A stretch of DNA of 64,000 nt from Gemmatimonadales bacterium (GCA_035505915.1 DATJQI010000054.1:29854-93853); one strand, 5' to 3'; positions 1-9,690 are shown, numbered from the stretch's first letter. Program-made: numbers and translations. Notes: generated by a model not told the origin, from the sequence alone.

Positions 1-2
1 AG

Positions 3-572
3 AAGGGCTGGAGCCTCATCTCCCTCGGCGACCACGCGGGGGCCATCCAGGCGCTCCAGAAGGCGCTCAGCCTGTCTCCGGGAGAGACCCAGGCCGAGTC
101 GATGCTGGGGTGGGCGCAGATGCTGCACGAGGACTACGACGACGCCCTCGCCACCTTCCAGAAGGTGCTGATGAAGGAGCCCGCGAACTCTCTCGCGCGG
201 ATCAACGTCGGCTACATCTGCCTCAAGAAGAAGATCTTCGGCGAGGCCATCGAGCACCTGTCGAAGGCCATCCGGCTCGACAACGACAAGAAGGCCACCC
301 TCTACGCCCACTTCTATCTCGGCCTCGTCTACCTGCAGCGGGAGATGCAGGAGGATGCGGTCACGTTCTTCCAGAAGACCTTGAAGCTCGGACCCAACCT
401 CATCGAGGCCTACTACGAGCTGGGGCGGGCCTACTGGTTCGGCGGGGACCAGGCCCAGGCGAAGCAGGCGTGGCAGGACGGGTTCAAGGCCAACAAGTTC
501 AATCCCTGGGGCAAGCGCTGCCAGGAAATGCTCGAGGCCGTCGGCCGGGGCGAGGAGCCGCCGCGCCCCTAG
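3..572 (+). CDS. TPR-repeat protein, 5' end outside the window
   Basis: The frame stays open from position 3 upstream of the listed Met (KGWSLISLGDHAGAIQALQKAL...). It shows repeated 34-aa helical motifs (AIEHLSKAIRLD, YELGRAYW) typical of TPR. Confidence 0.75.
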   Translation, partial: KGWSLISLGDHAGAIQALQKALSLSPGETQAESMLGWAQMLHEDYDDALATFQKVLMKEPANSLARINVGYICLKKKIFGEAIEHLSKAIRLDNDKKATLYAHFYLGLVYLQREMQEDAVTFFQKTLKLGPNLIEAYYELGRAYWFGGDQAQAKQAWQDGFKANKFNPWGKRCQEMLEAVGRGEEPPRP

Positions 573-604
573 CTCTTCTCGCGCTGCTGGTGCAGGGGCC
601 GCAG

Positions 605-1426
605 GTGACGGTGGTCGGCCGGGTCACCGTCGTGTGGTGGCCCCCGCAGGCCGTGCTCGCCGCCGGGATCGCCGAAGCCGCCGACCGCCAGCGCCCGTTT
701 CCGGGCATCCCGCCGGATTCGGGCCCTCCCCTCCGGATCTTTCTCGCCCCCACCCGCGTCCTCTACGACTCGCTCACGCGGGGCCGCCTGCCGTCCTGGA
801 GCGAAGGCGCGGCGTTCCCCGGATTCGGCGGCGTCGTGCTGCTGACGACGGGCTCGCCTTCCGACATTCTGGTCGCCCTCCGGCACGAGCTCGCCCACAT
901 CGCGCTCCGGCGCCGGGTGCGCCACTCGCTGCCGCTCTGGTTCGAGGAAGGGTACGCGTCCGTCGCGGCGGGGGAGTGGGGCCGCACGCAGGCGTTTCAG
1001 CTCGACTGGCACCTGCTGGGGGGCGCGGCCCTCGATCTGGACAGCGTCGACCAGGCGCTGCGCGGGCAGGCCGGCGAGGCGGCGGGCGCGTACGCGCTCG
1101 CCACCACCGCGGTCCTCCTGCTCGAGCGCTGGGGCGGACCGCGGGGGCTCGAGCCGCTCATCGACTCGCTCCGGACCGCGCCGACCTTCGACGCCGCGCT
1201 GCGGGTCACCGATCACCTCACGCTCGACCGGTTCGACGAGCTGTGGGCGCAGGATGTGCGGCATCGTTACGGATGGCTGGCGGCGCTCGGCGCGGCGACG
1301 CTCTTCTGGGGCGTGACGGGCTCGTTACTCGCCGTCCTGATGTGGCGTCGGCGGCGGCGTGACGCGCCGCGGCGCGCCGCACTTGATGAAGGATGGGAAG
1401 TGCCGCCGGATGAGCCAAATGCTTGA
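605..1426 (+). CDS. MA-clan zinc metallopeptidase-like protein with C-terminal TM helix
   Basis: HExxH motif (HELAH) is followed by EEGYA, and there is a C-terminal hydrophobic helix plus an RRRRR stop-transfer. I chose the GTG at 605, after the stop of the upstream TPR gene. The 5' part of the 110..1426 ORF overlaps that gene out of frame. Confidence 0.6.
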   Translation: MTVVGRVTVVWWPPQAVLAAGIAEAADRQRPFPGIPPDSGPPLRIFLAPTRVLYDSLTRGRLPSWSEGAAFPGFGGVVLLTTGSPSDILVALRHELAHIALRRRVRHSLPLWFEEGYASVAAGEWGRTQAFQLDWHLLGGAALDLDSVDQALRGQAGEAAGAYALATTAVLLLERWGGPRGLEPLIDSLRTAPTFDAALRVTDHLTLDRFDELWAQDVRHRYGWLAALGAATLFWGVTGSLLAVLMWRRRRRDAPRRAALDEGWEVPPDEPNA

Positions 1427-1451
1427 CGGGAAAGCGATTGCGGACTACAAT
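1423..1451 (+). promoter_or_regulatory. sigma70-like promoter: TTGACG, 17 nt spacer, TACAAT; 9 nt upstream of the ATG at 1461
   Basis: Hexamers read directly: TTGACG 1423-1428 and TACAAT 1446-1451. No Shine-Dalgarno lies between the -10 and the ATG. Confidence 0.55.
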
Positions 1452-1460
1452 CCGTCCCTT

Positions 1461-1643
1461 ATGCCCGACACCCCGTCGCGCGAACGCCTCCACTTCGGTC
1501 CCCGGAACTACGCCGCGCTCGGGGCGGCACTCGTCTGCCTGGTGGCGGGGTATGTCTCCCTGAACGCCGGGTCCACGACGCTGGCCCCGGTGCTCCTGGT
1601 GCTGGGTTACCTGGTATTCATTCCGGTAGGCCTCGCCCTCTAA
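1461..1643 (+). CDS. small two-TM membrane protein (60 aa)
   Basis: MPDTPSRERLHFGPRNY is followed by two hydrophobic helices. The start was chosen from promoter placement. The longer ORF from 1359 overlaps the peptidase gene end. Confidence 0.55.
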   Translation: MPDTPSRERLHFGPRNYAALGAALVCLVAGYVSLNAGSTTLAPVLLVLGYLVFIPVGLAL

Positions 1644-1651
1644 AGTGAGAC

Positions 1652-1726
1652 GGGCGAATAGCTCAGCTGGTTCAGAGCGCCTGCCTTACACGCAGGAAGT
1701 CGGGGGTTCGAATCCCTCTTCGCCCA
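1652..1726 (+). tRNA. tRNA-Val (anticodon TAC)
   Basis: Cloverleaf folded by hand: acceptor GGGCGAA/TTCGCCC, D stem GCTC/GAGC, anticodon stem CCTGC/GCAGG with loop CTTACAC, T arm GGGGG-TTCGAAT-CCCTC. CCA is not encoded. Confidence 0.9.
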
Positions 1727-1768
1727 TCGGTGTAGGTGTGTGGTACGGACTCTGATCGGAGGACACGC

Positions 1769-3550
1769 GTGAGAGTGCTTCGTCTGGTGGCCGTCCTGTC
1801 CGTCGCTGCCGCGGGTGCCGCGCCGGCGCAGCTGGCCATCTCCCAGCCCACCGAGAAACTGCTGCTGCTGCCCCTGCCCGGTGTCGCCGCCGGGGACTCG
1901 GCCGCGAGCATCGCGGTGATGGATCTGGCCCGGGATCGCGTCCAGCAAATGGCGCGATACAAGGTGCAGCTCATCCCCAAGGGCAAGATCTGCGAAGCGC
2001 TTCAGTCCTTCGGGTTCCCCTGCGACTACATCCCCGATCAGACGCAGGCGGGGCAGTTCGCCCGGGCGCTGAGCATCAATTCCTACGACATCGGGTCATT
2101 CTCGCACACCGGGAATTCCTACACGGCGCGGGTCCGCCTCATCTCCGGCGGCTCCGGCTTCTCTTCGATCTTTTCGGCCACCGGCGACGGACAACCCGCC
2201 ATCGCGGAATCCCTGGCCCAGCACGTCGTCACCGTGATCAAGGCGGCCGAGGCGGCCCGCGAGTGCAACGACCGCCGGGGGAAGGGGAACACCAGCGGGG
2301 CCCTCGAGTCGGCGAAGAAGGCGCTCGCCATCGACCCGAACCTCGCGGCGGCGCACCTGTGCCTGATGGACGTGTACGAGGTCCTCAAGCTCGGGCCGGA
2401 CAGCGTCATCGCGACGGGATACCGGGCGCTGAAGGGCGATTCGATGAACTCCACCGCGTGGAGCCGCATCGCGAGCGCGCTGCAACAGAAGGGCGACACG
2501 CTCCGCTGGCTCGATGCGCTGCAGCGCTGGGCGGGGGTGGAGCCGGACAACGTCCAGCTCCAGCTCAGCGTGGCGGACCAGCTGATCCGGAGCCACCAAT
2601 ATCCCAAGGCCACCGCGCTCCTCCGGACGACGATCGTGCACTTCCCGTCCAACTCGCAGGCCAAGGGGATGCTGCGGCAGTCGTGCATCGAGGGCAGCCA
2701 GTGGCGCTGCGTGCTCGATCTCCTGGCCCAGGAAGAGAAGGACTCGGCGGCCAAGTTCAACGATTCGACCGAGCTGAAGCTGGCCATCGGGGCCGCGCAG
2801 GCGCTCCCCGACACCCAGGCCCTCATGCACTGGACCCAGGTGGCGGTCACCCGGTTCCCCAAGAGCCTGGGCTTCTGGAACACCCGGGGCCAGGCGTTCG
2901 AAGCGGCGAATCAGATCGATTCGGCCGTAGCGGCGTACAAGGTGGCGGCGGGGCTCGCGCCCACGGATCCGCGCCCCAGCCTCCTGGTCGCGGCCACGAT
3001 CCTGAACCACACGAACTACGACACGCTGCACGCGCCGCCGACGTCGGATACGACGGCGCTCAAGGCCTATCGCAACGCGTTCGCCGACAAGATCGACGCC
3101 GCCAAGCCGTACATACAGCCGGCGCTGGCCGGCACGGACAGTACCCTCAAGATCAACGGCGCCGCGCTGATGCTGACGGCGGGTTCGGGCATCGCCCGGG
3201 CCGGCGCGTACGCGCGGGCCTACCCGTGGCTCGACCAGCTGCTCACCCTCGTCCAGCCCGCGAGCGCCGCGGACACCGTGGGGCCCAAGCACCAGATCAT
3301 GGTGCAGGCCAGTTTCTGGTACGGCCTGAGCTCGACGTTGACGATGGGCGACGTTTACGGCCCGATGACCAAGGACAAGAACTGCGACGAGGCCAAGGCG
3401 GTCAACGAGCGGTTGAGTCGGACCCGGGATGCGCTGTTCGCCGGCGCCCGGATCGCCCCGTCGGTCGTGACCCAGATGCTCGGGTTCGTCGGGCAATACG
3501 CGAAGGCGATGCCGCAGGTGAAGGCCGCCTTCAAGTGCACCAATTTCTGA
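1769..3550 (+). CDS. secreted TPR-like helical repeat protein
   Basis: The GTG at 1769 is preceded by GGAGGA at a 6-nt spacing. Signal-peptide-like N-terminus VRVLRLVAVLSVAAAGAAPAQ. The protein is a long Ala/Leu-rich helical repeat. Confidence 0.65.
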   Translation: MRVLRLVAVLSVAAAGAAPAQLAISQPTEKLLLLPLPGVAAGDSAASIAVMDLARDRVQQMARYKVQLIPKGKICEALQSFGFPCDYIPDQTQAGQFARALSINSYDIGSFSHTGNSYTARVRLISGGSGFSSIFSATGDGQPAIAESLAQHVVTVIKAAEAARECNDRRGKGNTSGALESAKKALAIDPNLAAAHLCLMDVYEVLKLGPDSVIATGYRALKGDSMNSTAWSRIASALQQKGDTLRWLDALQRWAGVEPDNVQLQLSVADQLIRSHQYPKATALLRTTIVHFPSNSQAKGMLRQSCIEGSQWRCVLDLLAQEEKDSAAKFNDSTELKLAIGAAQALPDTQALMHWTQVAVTRFPKSLGFWNTRGQAFEAANQIDSAVAAYKVAAGLAPTDPRPSLLVAATILNHTNYDTLHAPPTSDTTALKAYRNAFADKIDAAKPYIQPALAGTDSTLKINGAALMLTAGSGIARAGAYARAYPWLDQLLTLVQPASAADTVGPKHQIMVQASFWYGLSSTLTMGDVYGPMTKDKNCDEAKAVNERLSRTRDALFAGARIAPSVVTQMLGFVGQYAKAMPQVKAAFKCTNF

Positions 3551-3554
3551 GCCA

Positions 3555-3583
3555 TTGAATTGACCCCGGGGGGCGTCTACATT
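3555..3583 (+). promoter_or_regulatory. sigma70-like promoter for tRNA-Asp: TTGAAT, 17 nt spacer, TACATT
   Basis: TTGAAT 3555-3560 and TACATT 3578-3583. The -10 ends 16 nt upstream of the tRNA 5' end. Confidence 0.5.
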
Positions 3584-3599
3584 TCGCCGCTCGCGATCC

Positions 3600-3673
3600 G
3601 GGGCTGTAGCTCAGCTGGTTAGAGTGCCGGTCTGTCACACCGGAGGTCGCGGGTTCGAGCCCCGTCAGCCCCG
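3600..3673 (+). tRNA. tRNA-Asp (anticodon GTC)
   Basis: Acceptor GGGGCTG/CAGCCCC, anticodon stem CCGGT/ACCGG with loop CTGTCAC, T arm GCGGG-TTCGAGC-CCCGT. Confidence 0.9.
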
Positions 3674-3681
3674 CCTTTTCC

Positions 3682-3720
3682 CGGCTCCGCCTGCCTTGGC
3701 AGACGGAGCCGTGGTCTTTC
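3682..3720 (+). terminator. GC-rich hairpin with a weak T tract after tRNA-Asp (terminator or processing structure)
   Basis: CGGCTCCG (3682-3689) pairs with CGGAGCCG (3704-3711). An inner CTGC/GCAG stem has loop CTTG. The hairpin is followed by TGGTCTTTC. Confidence 0.4.
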
Positions 3721-3730
3721 GGGGAGGGAC

Positions 3731-4636
3731 GTGACCTCGAGCTTCCACGAGCCGGTCCTCGCCGGACTCGTCCGCACCTGGGCCGCGGGGGCCACCCGCG
3801 CCGTGGACGCCACCGCCGGCGGGGGCGGCCATACCGCCATTCTCCGCGACGCCGGCGCCCGGGTCTTGGCCATCGACCGCGACCCGGACGCCCTCGCGGC
3901 CGCGCGGGCCCGCCTCGGCGACACGGGGATCGAGTGGCTCGCCGCGGCGTTCGGCGCTCCCGCGGCGCTGGCCCGCGTCCGCGCGTTCAACCCCGACCGC
4001 ATCCTGCTCGATCTCGGCGTTTCCTCGCACCAGCTGGACGCGGAGGGCCGCGGCTTCACGTTCCGCCCCGGCGCCCCCCTCGACATGCGGATGACGCCCG
4101 GCGCGGGCGTCACGGCGGCCGACATCCTCAATACGTGGGGGGAGGAGCGTCTCGGCGCGGCGTTCGCGGAGGATGCGGACGAGCCCAAAGCCCGCCGGCT
4201 CGCGCGGATCGTGATCCGCCGCCGGCAGCGGGGACCGTTTCTCACCAGCGACGACTTCGTGAACGCCATCCGCGAAGCCCTGGGGCCCCGGTCGGGCCCC
4301 GCCGACTTCGCCCGCCTGTTCCAGGCCCTCCGGATGGCGGTAAACGAGGAGCGGGATCAGCTGACCCGCGCCCTCCCCGCCTTCCGCGACGCCCTGGTGC
4401 CCGGGGGACGCCTGGCGGTGATTGCGTATCATTCAGGGGAGGATCGCATCGTGAAGCACGCGTTCCGCGAGTGGGCGAAGGACTGCGTGTGCCCGCCGGG
4501 GCAGCCCATCTGTACCTGCCGCGGCCACGCCCTGGGCCGCGTGCTGACGCGGAAGGCCGTGACGCCGGACGCGGACGAGCAGGTCCGCAACCCGCGCTCC
4601 CGGTCGGCGCATTTTCGTGAATTCGAGGTGAGCTAG
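3731..4636 (+). CDS. rsmH: 16S rRNA (cytosine1402-N4)-methyltransferase RsmH/MraW
   Basis: FHEPVL, DATAGGGGHT and DLGVSSHQLD motifs. It occupies the first position of the dcw cluster. Confidence 0.9.
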   Translation: MTSSFHEPVLAGLVRTWAAGATRAVDATAGGGGHTAILRDAGARVLAIDRDPDALAAARARLGDTGIEWLAAAFGAPAALARVRAFNPDRILLDLGVSSHQLDAEGRGFTFRPGAPLDMRMTPGAGVTAADILNTWGEERLGAAFAEDADEPKARRLARIVIRRRQRGPFLTSDDFVNAIREALGPRSGPADFARLFQALRMAVNEERDQLTRALPAFRDALVPGGRLAVIAYHSGEDRIVKHAFREWAKDCVCPPGQPICTCRGHALGRVLTRKAVTPDADEQVRNPRSRSAHFREFEVS

Positions 4637-4924
4637 GTGGCGCTCAAAGGCCGGCACTGGGTGATGATCTGGCTGACGGCGTTCCTCATCGCGGCCGGCT
4701 CGGTGGTGGCGCGCCAGACGGCCGCGCTGCGCATCGCCCGGGCCCTGAGCGACACGCGGGTCCGCCGAACGGCGCTCGAGGGGCGGCGCGCGGAGCTCGA
4801 GCGCCGGCTCCGTCTCGCGGCCTCCCGCGCCGTGCTGGTCCCCCGCGCGCAGGCCCTGGGGCTCCGCCTTCCCGCCGATTCGGAAATCGTGATCCTGCCC
4901 GTGACCGACAGCACCGCGCCCTGA
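4637..4924 (+). CDS. ftsL: cell division protein FtsL-like
   Basis: 95 aa with a single N-terminal TM helix and then a coiled-coil-like Arg/Leu/Glu region. It sits in the canonical position between rsmH and ftsI. Confidence 0.7.
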   Translation: MALKGRHWVMIWLTAFLIAAGSVVARQTAALRIARALSDTRVRRTALEGRRAELERRLRLAASRAVLVPRAQALGLRLPADSEIVILPVTDSTAP

Positions 4925-4925
4925 C

Positions 4926-6857
4926 GTGGCCAAGCTCTCCACGCGGGTCGGCGTGATCGAGATCGGCTTCGGACTCCTGCTCCTCGCGTTGCTGGTCCGG
5001 TCGGCGCAGGTCCAGCTCTTTCAGGGATCCCGCTGGGCCAGCGAGGCCCGCCAGGAGCGGACCGAACGGGTGGTGCTCGAGGCGCCCCGCGGCGCGCTGC
5101 TCGACCGGCACGGCACGCCGCTCGCGCTCACCCAGGAGACTTACCACGTCGGCGTCGCGCCGAACGAGCTGCGGGATCCCGACCGCGACCCGGCCGCCAT
5201 CGCGCGGGCCCTGCGGCTCCCCCTCGACCAGGTGGAGCAGGAGCTGGACCGGAAGTACGCCTACTTCGCCGGACCCTTCAGCGCGGGGGCGGTGCAGGGG
5301 ATCCGGGACCTTCGCGGCGTGCACCTGGAGGCGGTCCTGAACCGGTTCTATCCGTCACCCGATTTCGCGCGGGCGATCATCGGCCGCGTGGGAGATCCCG
5401 GACAGAAGGCGTCGGGCCTCGAGCGCACGCTGGACAGTCTCCTGGCCGGCACGCCGGGCGCGGCGGTGGTCCTGAAGGATCGCGCGGGACGGCAATACGA
5501 TTCGCCGGCGCGGCGGATCAGCGCGCCGGTGGCGGGGAACGACGTCGTCCTCACGCTGGACGTGGAGCTGCAGGAGATCGCGCAGCGCGCCCTCCGGCTC
5601 GCGCTCGACAAAATGGACGCGGACGGCGGGGACGTGGTGATGCTCGATCCGGCGACGGGTGAAGTGCTGGCGGTCGCGTCCGAGCGCCGGGACGGCGTCG
5701 CCCGCCCGTCGGCGCTGATCGACGCCTACGAGCCCGGCTCGGTCGCGAAGATCTTCACCGCCGGCGCGCTGCTCGCCGGGCACAAGATCAGCTCCACCGA
5801 CCGGGTCTCCGGCGAGGGCGGCAAGTACAAAATGCTGGACCGGACCCTGGTGGACGATCATCCCCTGCCGACGCTCAACCTGGCCGATGCCATCCGGGTG
5901 TCCTCGAACATCGCGATGGCCAAGTTCGCGGCCCGGCTCAGCCCGCCCGAAGAGTTCGGGATGCTCCGGGATTTCGGCCTGGGCGCGCCGACCGGCGTGG
6001 AGTTTCCGGCCGAGGCGTCGGGGCGGCTGCCGTTGCCCCGGGACTGGTCCCGGCCCACGCCGGCCTCGCTGGCCATCGGCTACGAAGTGTCGGTGACCCC
6101 GCTCCAGGTCGCGGCCGCCTACGCGGCGATCGCCAACGACGGGGTCCTGCTCGAGCCCACGCTGGTGCGGGAGGTCCGGAGCCCCGACGGAGACATCCTC
6201 TATCGTCACCATCCGGAGCCGGTGCGGCGGGTGGTGTCTCCGGACGTGGCCCGGCAGCTGCGGCTCCTGCTGGCCGGGGCGGTCTCGAGCTCGGGGACCG
6301 GCGCGAGCGCCGCGCTGGCGACCTTCACGCTCGCCGCCAAGACCGGAACGGCGCGGCGCGTGGTCAAGGGCCGCTACCAGCCCGGCGAGTACACGGCGTC
6401 GTTCGCCGCGCTCTTTCCGGCGGATCATCCTCAGCTCGTGGTGGTCGTGAAGATCGACAACCCCCGCAAAGGGAGCTACTTCGCCGCCGAGACGGCGGCG
6501 CCGGTCACGCGGGCCATGCTCGAGCAGGCGCTGGCCTCGCGTACCGTCGCGCTCGACCGGGCCCGCCTGTCGGCGCCCGCCCCGGTGGCGGACACCGAGG
6601 ACGTGGAGGAGGATCCGGGCCTGGCGCCGTACGTGGTGAGCTGGCCGCCGCCGCGCGACACGGCCACGGCCGCGCCGCCCCGTCCCGTGCCCGACGTGGC
6701 CGGGAGAACGCTGCGGGACGCGGTCCGCCTCTTGCATCGGCGTGGCTTCCACGTGGTGATCAAAGGCTGGGGTGCGGTCGAGCGCACCTGGCCCGCGGCG
6801 GGCGCCTCCGCCGCGGCGGGCGCGCTGGTCACGGTCTTCGGAGATCAATCGCAGTGA
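4926..6857 (+). CDS. ftsI: peptidoglycan D,D-transpeptidase FtsI (class B PBP) with C-terminal PASTA-like domain
   Basis: N-terminal TM helix, a transpeptidase module (for example the SVAKIF region), a KTGTA motif and C-terminal VPDVAGRTLRDAVRLLHRRGFHVVIKGWG. Confidence 0.85.
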   Translation: MAKLSTRVGVIEIGFGLLLLALLVRSAQVQLFQGSRWASEARQERTERVVLEAPRGALLDRHGTPLALTQETYHVGVAPNELRDPDRDPAAIARALRLPLDQVEQELDRKYAYFAGPFSAGAVQGIRDLRGVHLEAVLNRFYPSPDFARAIIGRVGDPGQKASGLERTLDSLLAGTPGAAVVLKDRAGRQYDSPARRISAPVAGNDVVLTLDVELQEIAQRALRLALDKMDADGGDVVMLDPATGEVLAVASERRDGVARPSALIDAYEPGSVAKIFTAGALLAGHKISSTDRVSGEGGKYKMLDRTLVDDHPLPTLNLADAIRVSSNIAMAKFAARLSPPEEFGMLRDFGLGAPTGVEFPAEASGRLPLPRDWSRPTPASLAIGYEVSVTPLQVAAAYAAIANDGVLLEPTLVREVRSPDGDILYRHHPEPVRRVVSPDVARQLRLLLAGAVSSSGTGASAALATFTLAAKTGTARRVVKGRYQPGEYTASFAALFPADHPQLVVVVKIDNPRKGSYFAAETAAPVTRAMLEQALASRTVALDRARLSAPAPVADTEDVEEDPGLAPYVVSWPPPRDTATAAPPRPVPDVAGRTLRDAVRLLHRRGFHVVIKGWGAVERTWPAAGASAAAGALVTVFGDQSQ

Positions 6858-8302
6858 CGGGACTCGCGGATATCGTCGGCGCGCTGCGCGCGCGCGGGCT
6901 CCTGGTGCGGGCGCCCGCGGCGCTCCCCGCGCTCACCGGGGTCACCGCGGACACGCGCCGCCTCACGCCCGGGATGCTCTATTGCGCGGTCCGGGGCGCC
7001 GTGCAGGACGGACACGCCTATGTGTCCCGCGCGGCGGAACGCGGGGCGGCGGCCGCGCTGGTCGAGGGCGAGCAGCCGGCCGCCATTCCGCAGGTGATCG
7101 TCACCGACGGGCGCCGCGCCGCGGCGGCCGCCGCCGAGGTCTGGTTCGGCTTCCCCGCGCGCCAGCTCGCGATGGTCGGGGTGACCGGCACCAACGGCAA
7201 GACCACGACGGTCACGCTCGGGCGCCACGTCCTGTCCGCGCTCTGGCCCACGGGGTCGATCGGCACGCTGGGCGCGTTCGCGCCCGACGGGTCGCCGGTG
7301 GTGAGCGAGGCCGGAAACCTCACCACGCCGGGGCCGATCGACCTGCAGGAGACCCTCGCGGCGCTCCTCGCGCGCGGGGCCGCCGGAGTCGCCATGGAGG
7401 TCTCGTCGCACAGCCTGGACCAGGGGCGGGTGGAGGGACTGGCGTTCCGGGCCGCGATCTTCACCAACCTGACCCGGGACCACCTGGACTACCATCAGAC
7501 CCTCGAGAAGTACTTCGAGGCCAAGGCCCGCCTGCTGACCTACCTGACCGCCGACGGCATCGCGGTGGTGAACGCGGAGGATCCGGCGTGGGAGCACCTG
7601 CCGAAGGGCCACCGGCGGATCACGTTCGGGGAGTCCCGCGGTGACGTGCGCGCCGAAGGCGTGCGCACGGACGGCGCCGGCTCGCGCTTCACCCTCGTCT
7701 CGCCGCACGGCCGCGCCGACGTGAATCTCCCGCTCCTCGGCCGGTTCAACGTGGCCAACGCCCTCGGCGTCGCGGCCTGCGCGCTGGGACTCGGCGCTCC
7801 GATCGCGGTTGTGGCGGACCGGTTGACGCACGCTCCACAGGTGCCGGGCCGGATGGAGCGCATCGCCTCCCACCCCTGCGTGGTGCTCCGCGACTACGCC
7901 CACACCCCCGATGCGCTGGAGCGGGCCCTCGAGACGGTCCGGCCGCTCACGCCGGGGCGGGTGATCGCGGTGTTCGGCGCCGGCGGCGACCGGGACCGCG
8001 GAAAGCGCGCGCCGATGGGCGAGATCGTCTCCCGGTTGGCCGACGTGGCGATCGCGACCTCCGACAACCCGCGGACCGAGGATCCCGAGCGGATCCTGGA
8101 CGACGTCGAGCAGGGAATGACCGCGCGTCCGCATCACCGCGTGCCCGACCGCCGCGGGGCGATCGCCCTGGCGCTCTCCCTCGCGCAGCCGACGGACACG
8201 GTCATCCTCGCGGGCAAGGGGCACGAGACCTATCAGGTAATCGGGACGGTGAAGGAGCCCTTCGACGAGCGCACCATCGTGCGCGAGCTGGGGGCGTCCT
8301 GA
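6854..8302 (+). CDS. murE: UDP-N-acetylmuramoyl-L-alanyl-D-glutamate--2,6-diaminopimelate ligase
   Basis: GVTGTNGKTTT P-loop and a DNPR motif (TSDNPRTEDP). GTGA overlap with the ftsI stop. Confidence 0.9.
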   Translation: MTGLADIVGALRARGLLVRAPAALPALTGVTADTRRLTPGMLYCAVRGAVQDGHAYVSRAAERGAAAALVEGEQPAAIPQVIVTDGRRAAAAAAEVWFGFPARQLAMVGVTGTNGKTTTVTLGRHVLSALWPTGSIGTLGAFAPDGSPVVSEAGNLTTPGPIDLQETLAALLARGAAGVAMEVSSHSLDQGRVEGLAFRAAIFTNLTRDHLDYHQTLEKYFEAKARLLTYLTADGIAVVNAEDPAWEHLPKGHRRITFGESRGDVRAEGVRTDGAGSRFTLVSPHGRADVNLPLLGRFNVANALGVAACALGLGAPIAVVADRLTHAPQVPGRMERIASHPCVVLRDYAHTPDALERALETVRPLTPGRVIAVFGAGGDRDRGKRAPMGEIVSRLADVAIATSDNPRTEDPERILDDVEQGMTARPHHRVPDRRGAIALALSLAQPTDTVILAGKGHETYQVIGTVKEPFDERTIVRELGAS

Positions 8303-9672
8303 TGGCGGAAATCCCGCGGACCCCGGTGCCACCCGAGCCGTGGACGTCCCGACAGGTCGGGGACGCGCTCGGCGTCGAGGTCACGGCAGCGGGCCCCTTC
8401 ACGGGGATTTCGACCGACACCCGATCCCTGACGCCCGGCATGTTGTTCGTGGCGCTCGCGGGCGAGCGCTTCGACGCGCACCGGTTCCTCGATCAGGCCA
8501 AGGCGGGGGGCGCGGCGGCGGCCGTGGTGCGCCGCGGTACACCGGCCGTGGCCGGGCTGGCGCTCGTCGAGGTCCCGGACACCCTGGCCGCACTGGGGCT
8601 CCTGGCCCGCGCGCGGCGACGCCGGCTCCCGAAGGGAGCGCCGGTCGTGGCGGTCACGGGATCGAGCGGCAAGACGAGCACCAAGGAGCTGATCCGCGCG
8701 GCCCTGACCCCCCGCTTCCAGGTCCATGCCACCGCGGGGAATCTGAACAACCTGGTGGGTGTGCCCCTTTCCATTCTCGGCGCCCCCGCGGGCACCGACG
8801 CCCTCGTGATCGAGGCGGGCGCCAACCTGCCGGGTGAGATCGCGCGGCTCCGGGACATCATCGAGCCCACCATCGCGGTCATCACGAACGTCGGCTATGC
8901 GCACGTCGAAGGGTTCGGGTCGCTCGAAGGCGTGCTGCGCGAGAAGGTGTCGCTCGTGGACGGCGTGCCGGTGGCGGTGGTGGGGACGGAGCCCGCGGCG
9001 CTGGCGGCCGCGGCCCGGTGGCGGACCCGCACCGTGGTGGCGGGGACCGCGGCCGCGGCCGACTTCCGGCTGACCGGCGCCGACCTGGATGACGCCGGAA
9101 GGCCCCACCTGGTCCGCGACGGTGTCGAGGTCACGGTGCCGGTGACCGGTTTTCATCAGATCGAGAACGCGGCCATCGCGCTGGCGGTGGCGCGGGAGGC
9201 GGGTGTCCCGGCGGCCGACGCATTGCGGGGGCTGGCCCGCGCCAGCGTTCCCGGCGGCCGGGGCGGCATTACGGAGATCCGGGGGCTCACCATCATCGAC
9301 GACAGCTACAACGCCAATCCGGGGTCGCTCCGGCGGGCCGTCGAGTTCGCCCGGTGGCTGGCCGGCCGGCGGGGCCGGCCGCTCGCGGTCGTGGTGGGGA
9401 CGATGTTGGAGTTGGGAGCCGAGAGTGACAAATTGCATCGGGCGGCGGCGGCGGAGATCGTTGCGGCGGAGCCGGCGCTCGTGGGAGCGGTGGGGGCGTT
9501 CGGCCCGGCGTTCGCGCCGTTCGCGGGCGCGTTGCGCGACCGCCTGCTCGTGGCGGCGGATGCGGAGGGGCTCGGTCCGCTGCTTGCCCGCGGCCTCAAG
9601 GGCAACGAGGTCGTGCTGCTCAAGGCGTCACGCGGAGTCGCGCTGGAACGGGTGCTGCGCCACCTCAACTGA
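8302..9672 (+). CDS. murF: UDP-N-acetylmuramoyl-tripeptide--D-alanyl-D-alanine ligase
   Basis: VTGSSGKTSTKE P-loop, Mur ligase layout and its position after murE. Confidence 0.9.
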   Translation: MAEIPRTPVPPEPWTSRQVGDALGVEVTAAGPFTGISTDTRSLTPGMLFVALAGERFDAHRFLDQAKAGGAAAAVVRRGTPAVAGLALVEVPDTLAALGLLARARRRRLPKGAPVVAVTGSSGKTSTKELIRAALTPRFQVHATAGNLNNLVGVPLSILGAPAGTDALVIEAGANLPGEIARLRDIIEPTIAVITNVGYAHVEGFGSLEGVLREKVSLVDGVPVAVVGTEPAALAAAARWRTRTVVAGTAAAADFRLTGADLDDAGRPHLVRDGVEVTVPVTGFHQIENAAIALAVAREAGVPAADALRGLARASVPGGRGGITEIRGLTIIDDSYNANPGSLRRAVEFARWLAGRRGRPLAVVVGTMLELGAESDKLHRAAAAEIVAAEPALVGAVGAFGPAFAPFAGALRDRLLVAADAEGLGPLLARGLKGNEVVLLKASRGVALERVLRHLN

Positions 9673-9690
9673 GAGGGCGGAAACGAAGCC

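Noticed and set aside
110-604. 5' part of the 438-aa ORF that overlaps the TPR gene in another frame
   Set aside because: The TPR frame has clear repeat structure, while this frame is Arg/Pro/Gly-rich until after the TPR stop. The peptidase most likely starts at GTG 605.
1652-3673. The segment flanked by tRNA-Val and tRNA-Asp, considered as a possible integrated island
   Set aside because: I saw no integrase or recombinase, no direct repeat of a tRNA 3' end, and no composition shift. The enclosed gene is an ordinary secreted TPR-like protein.
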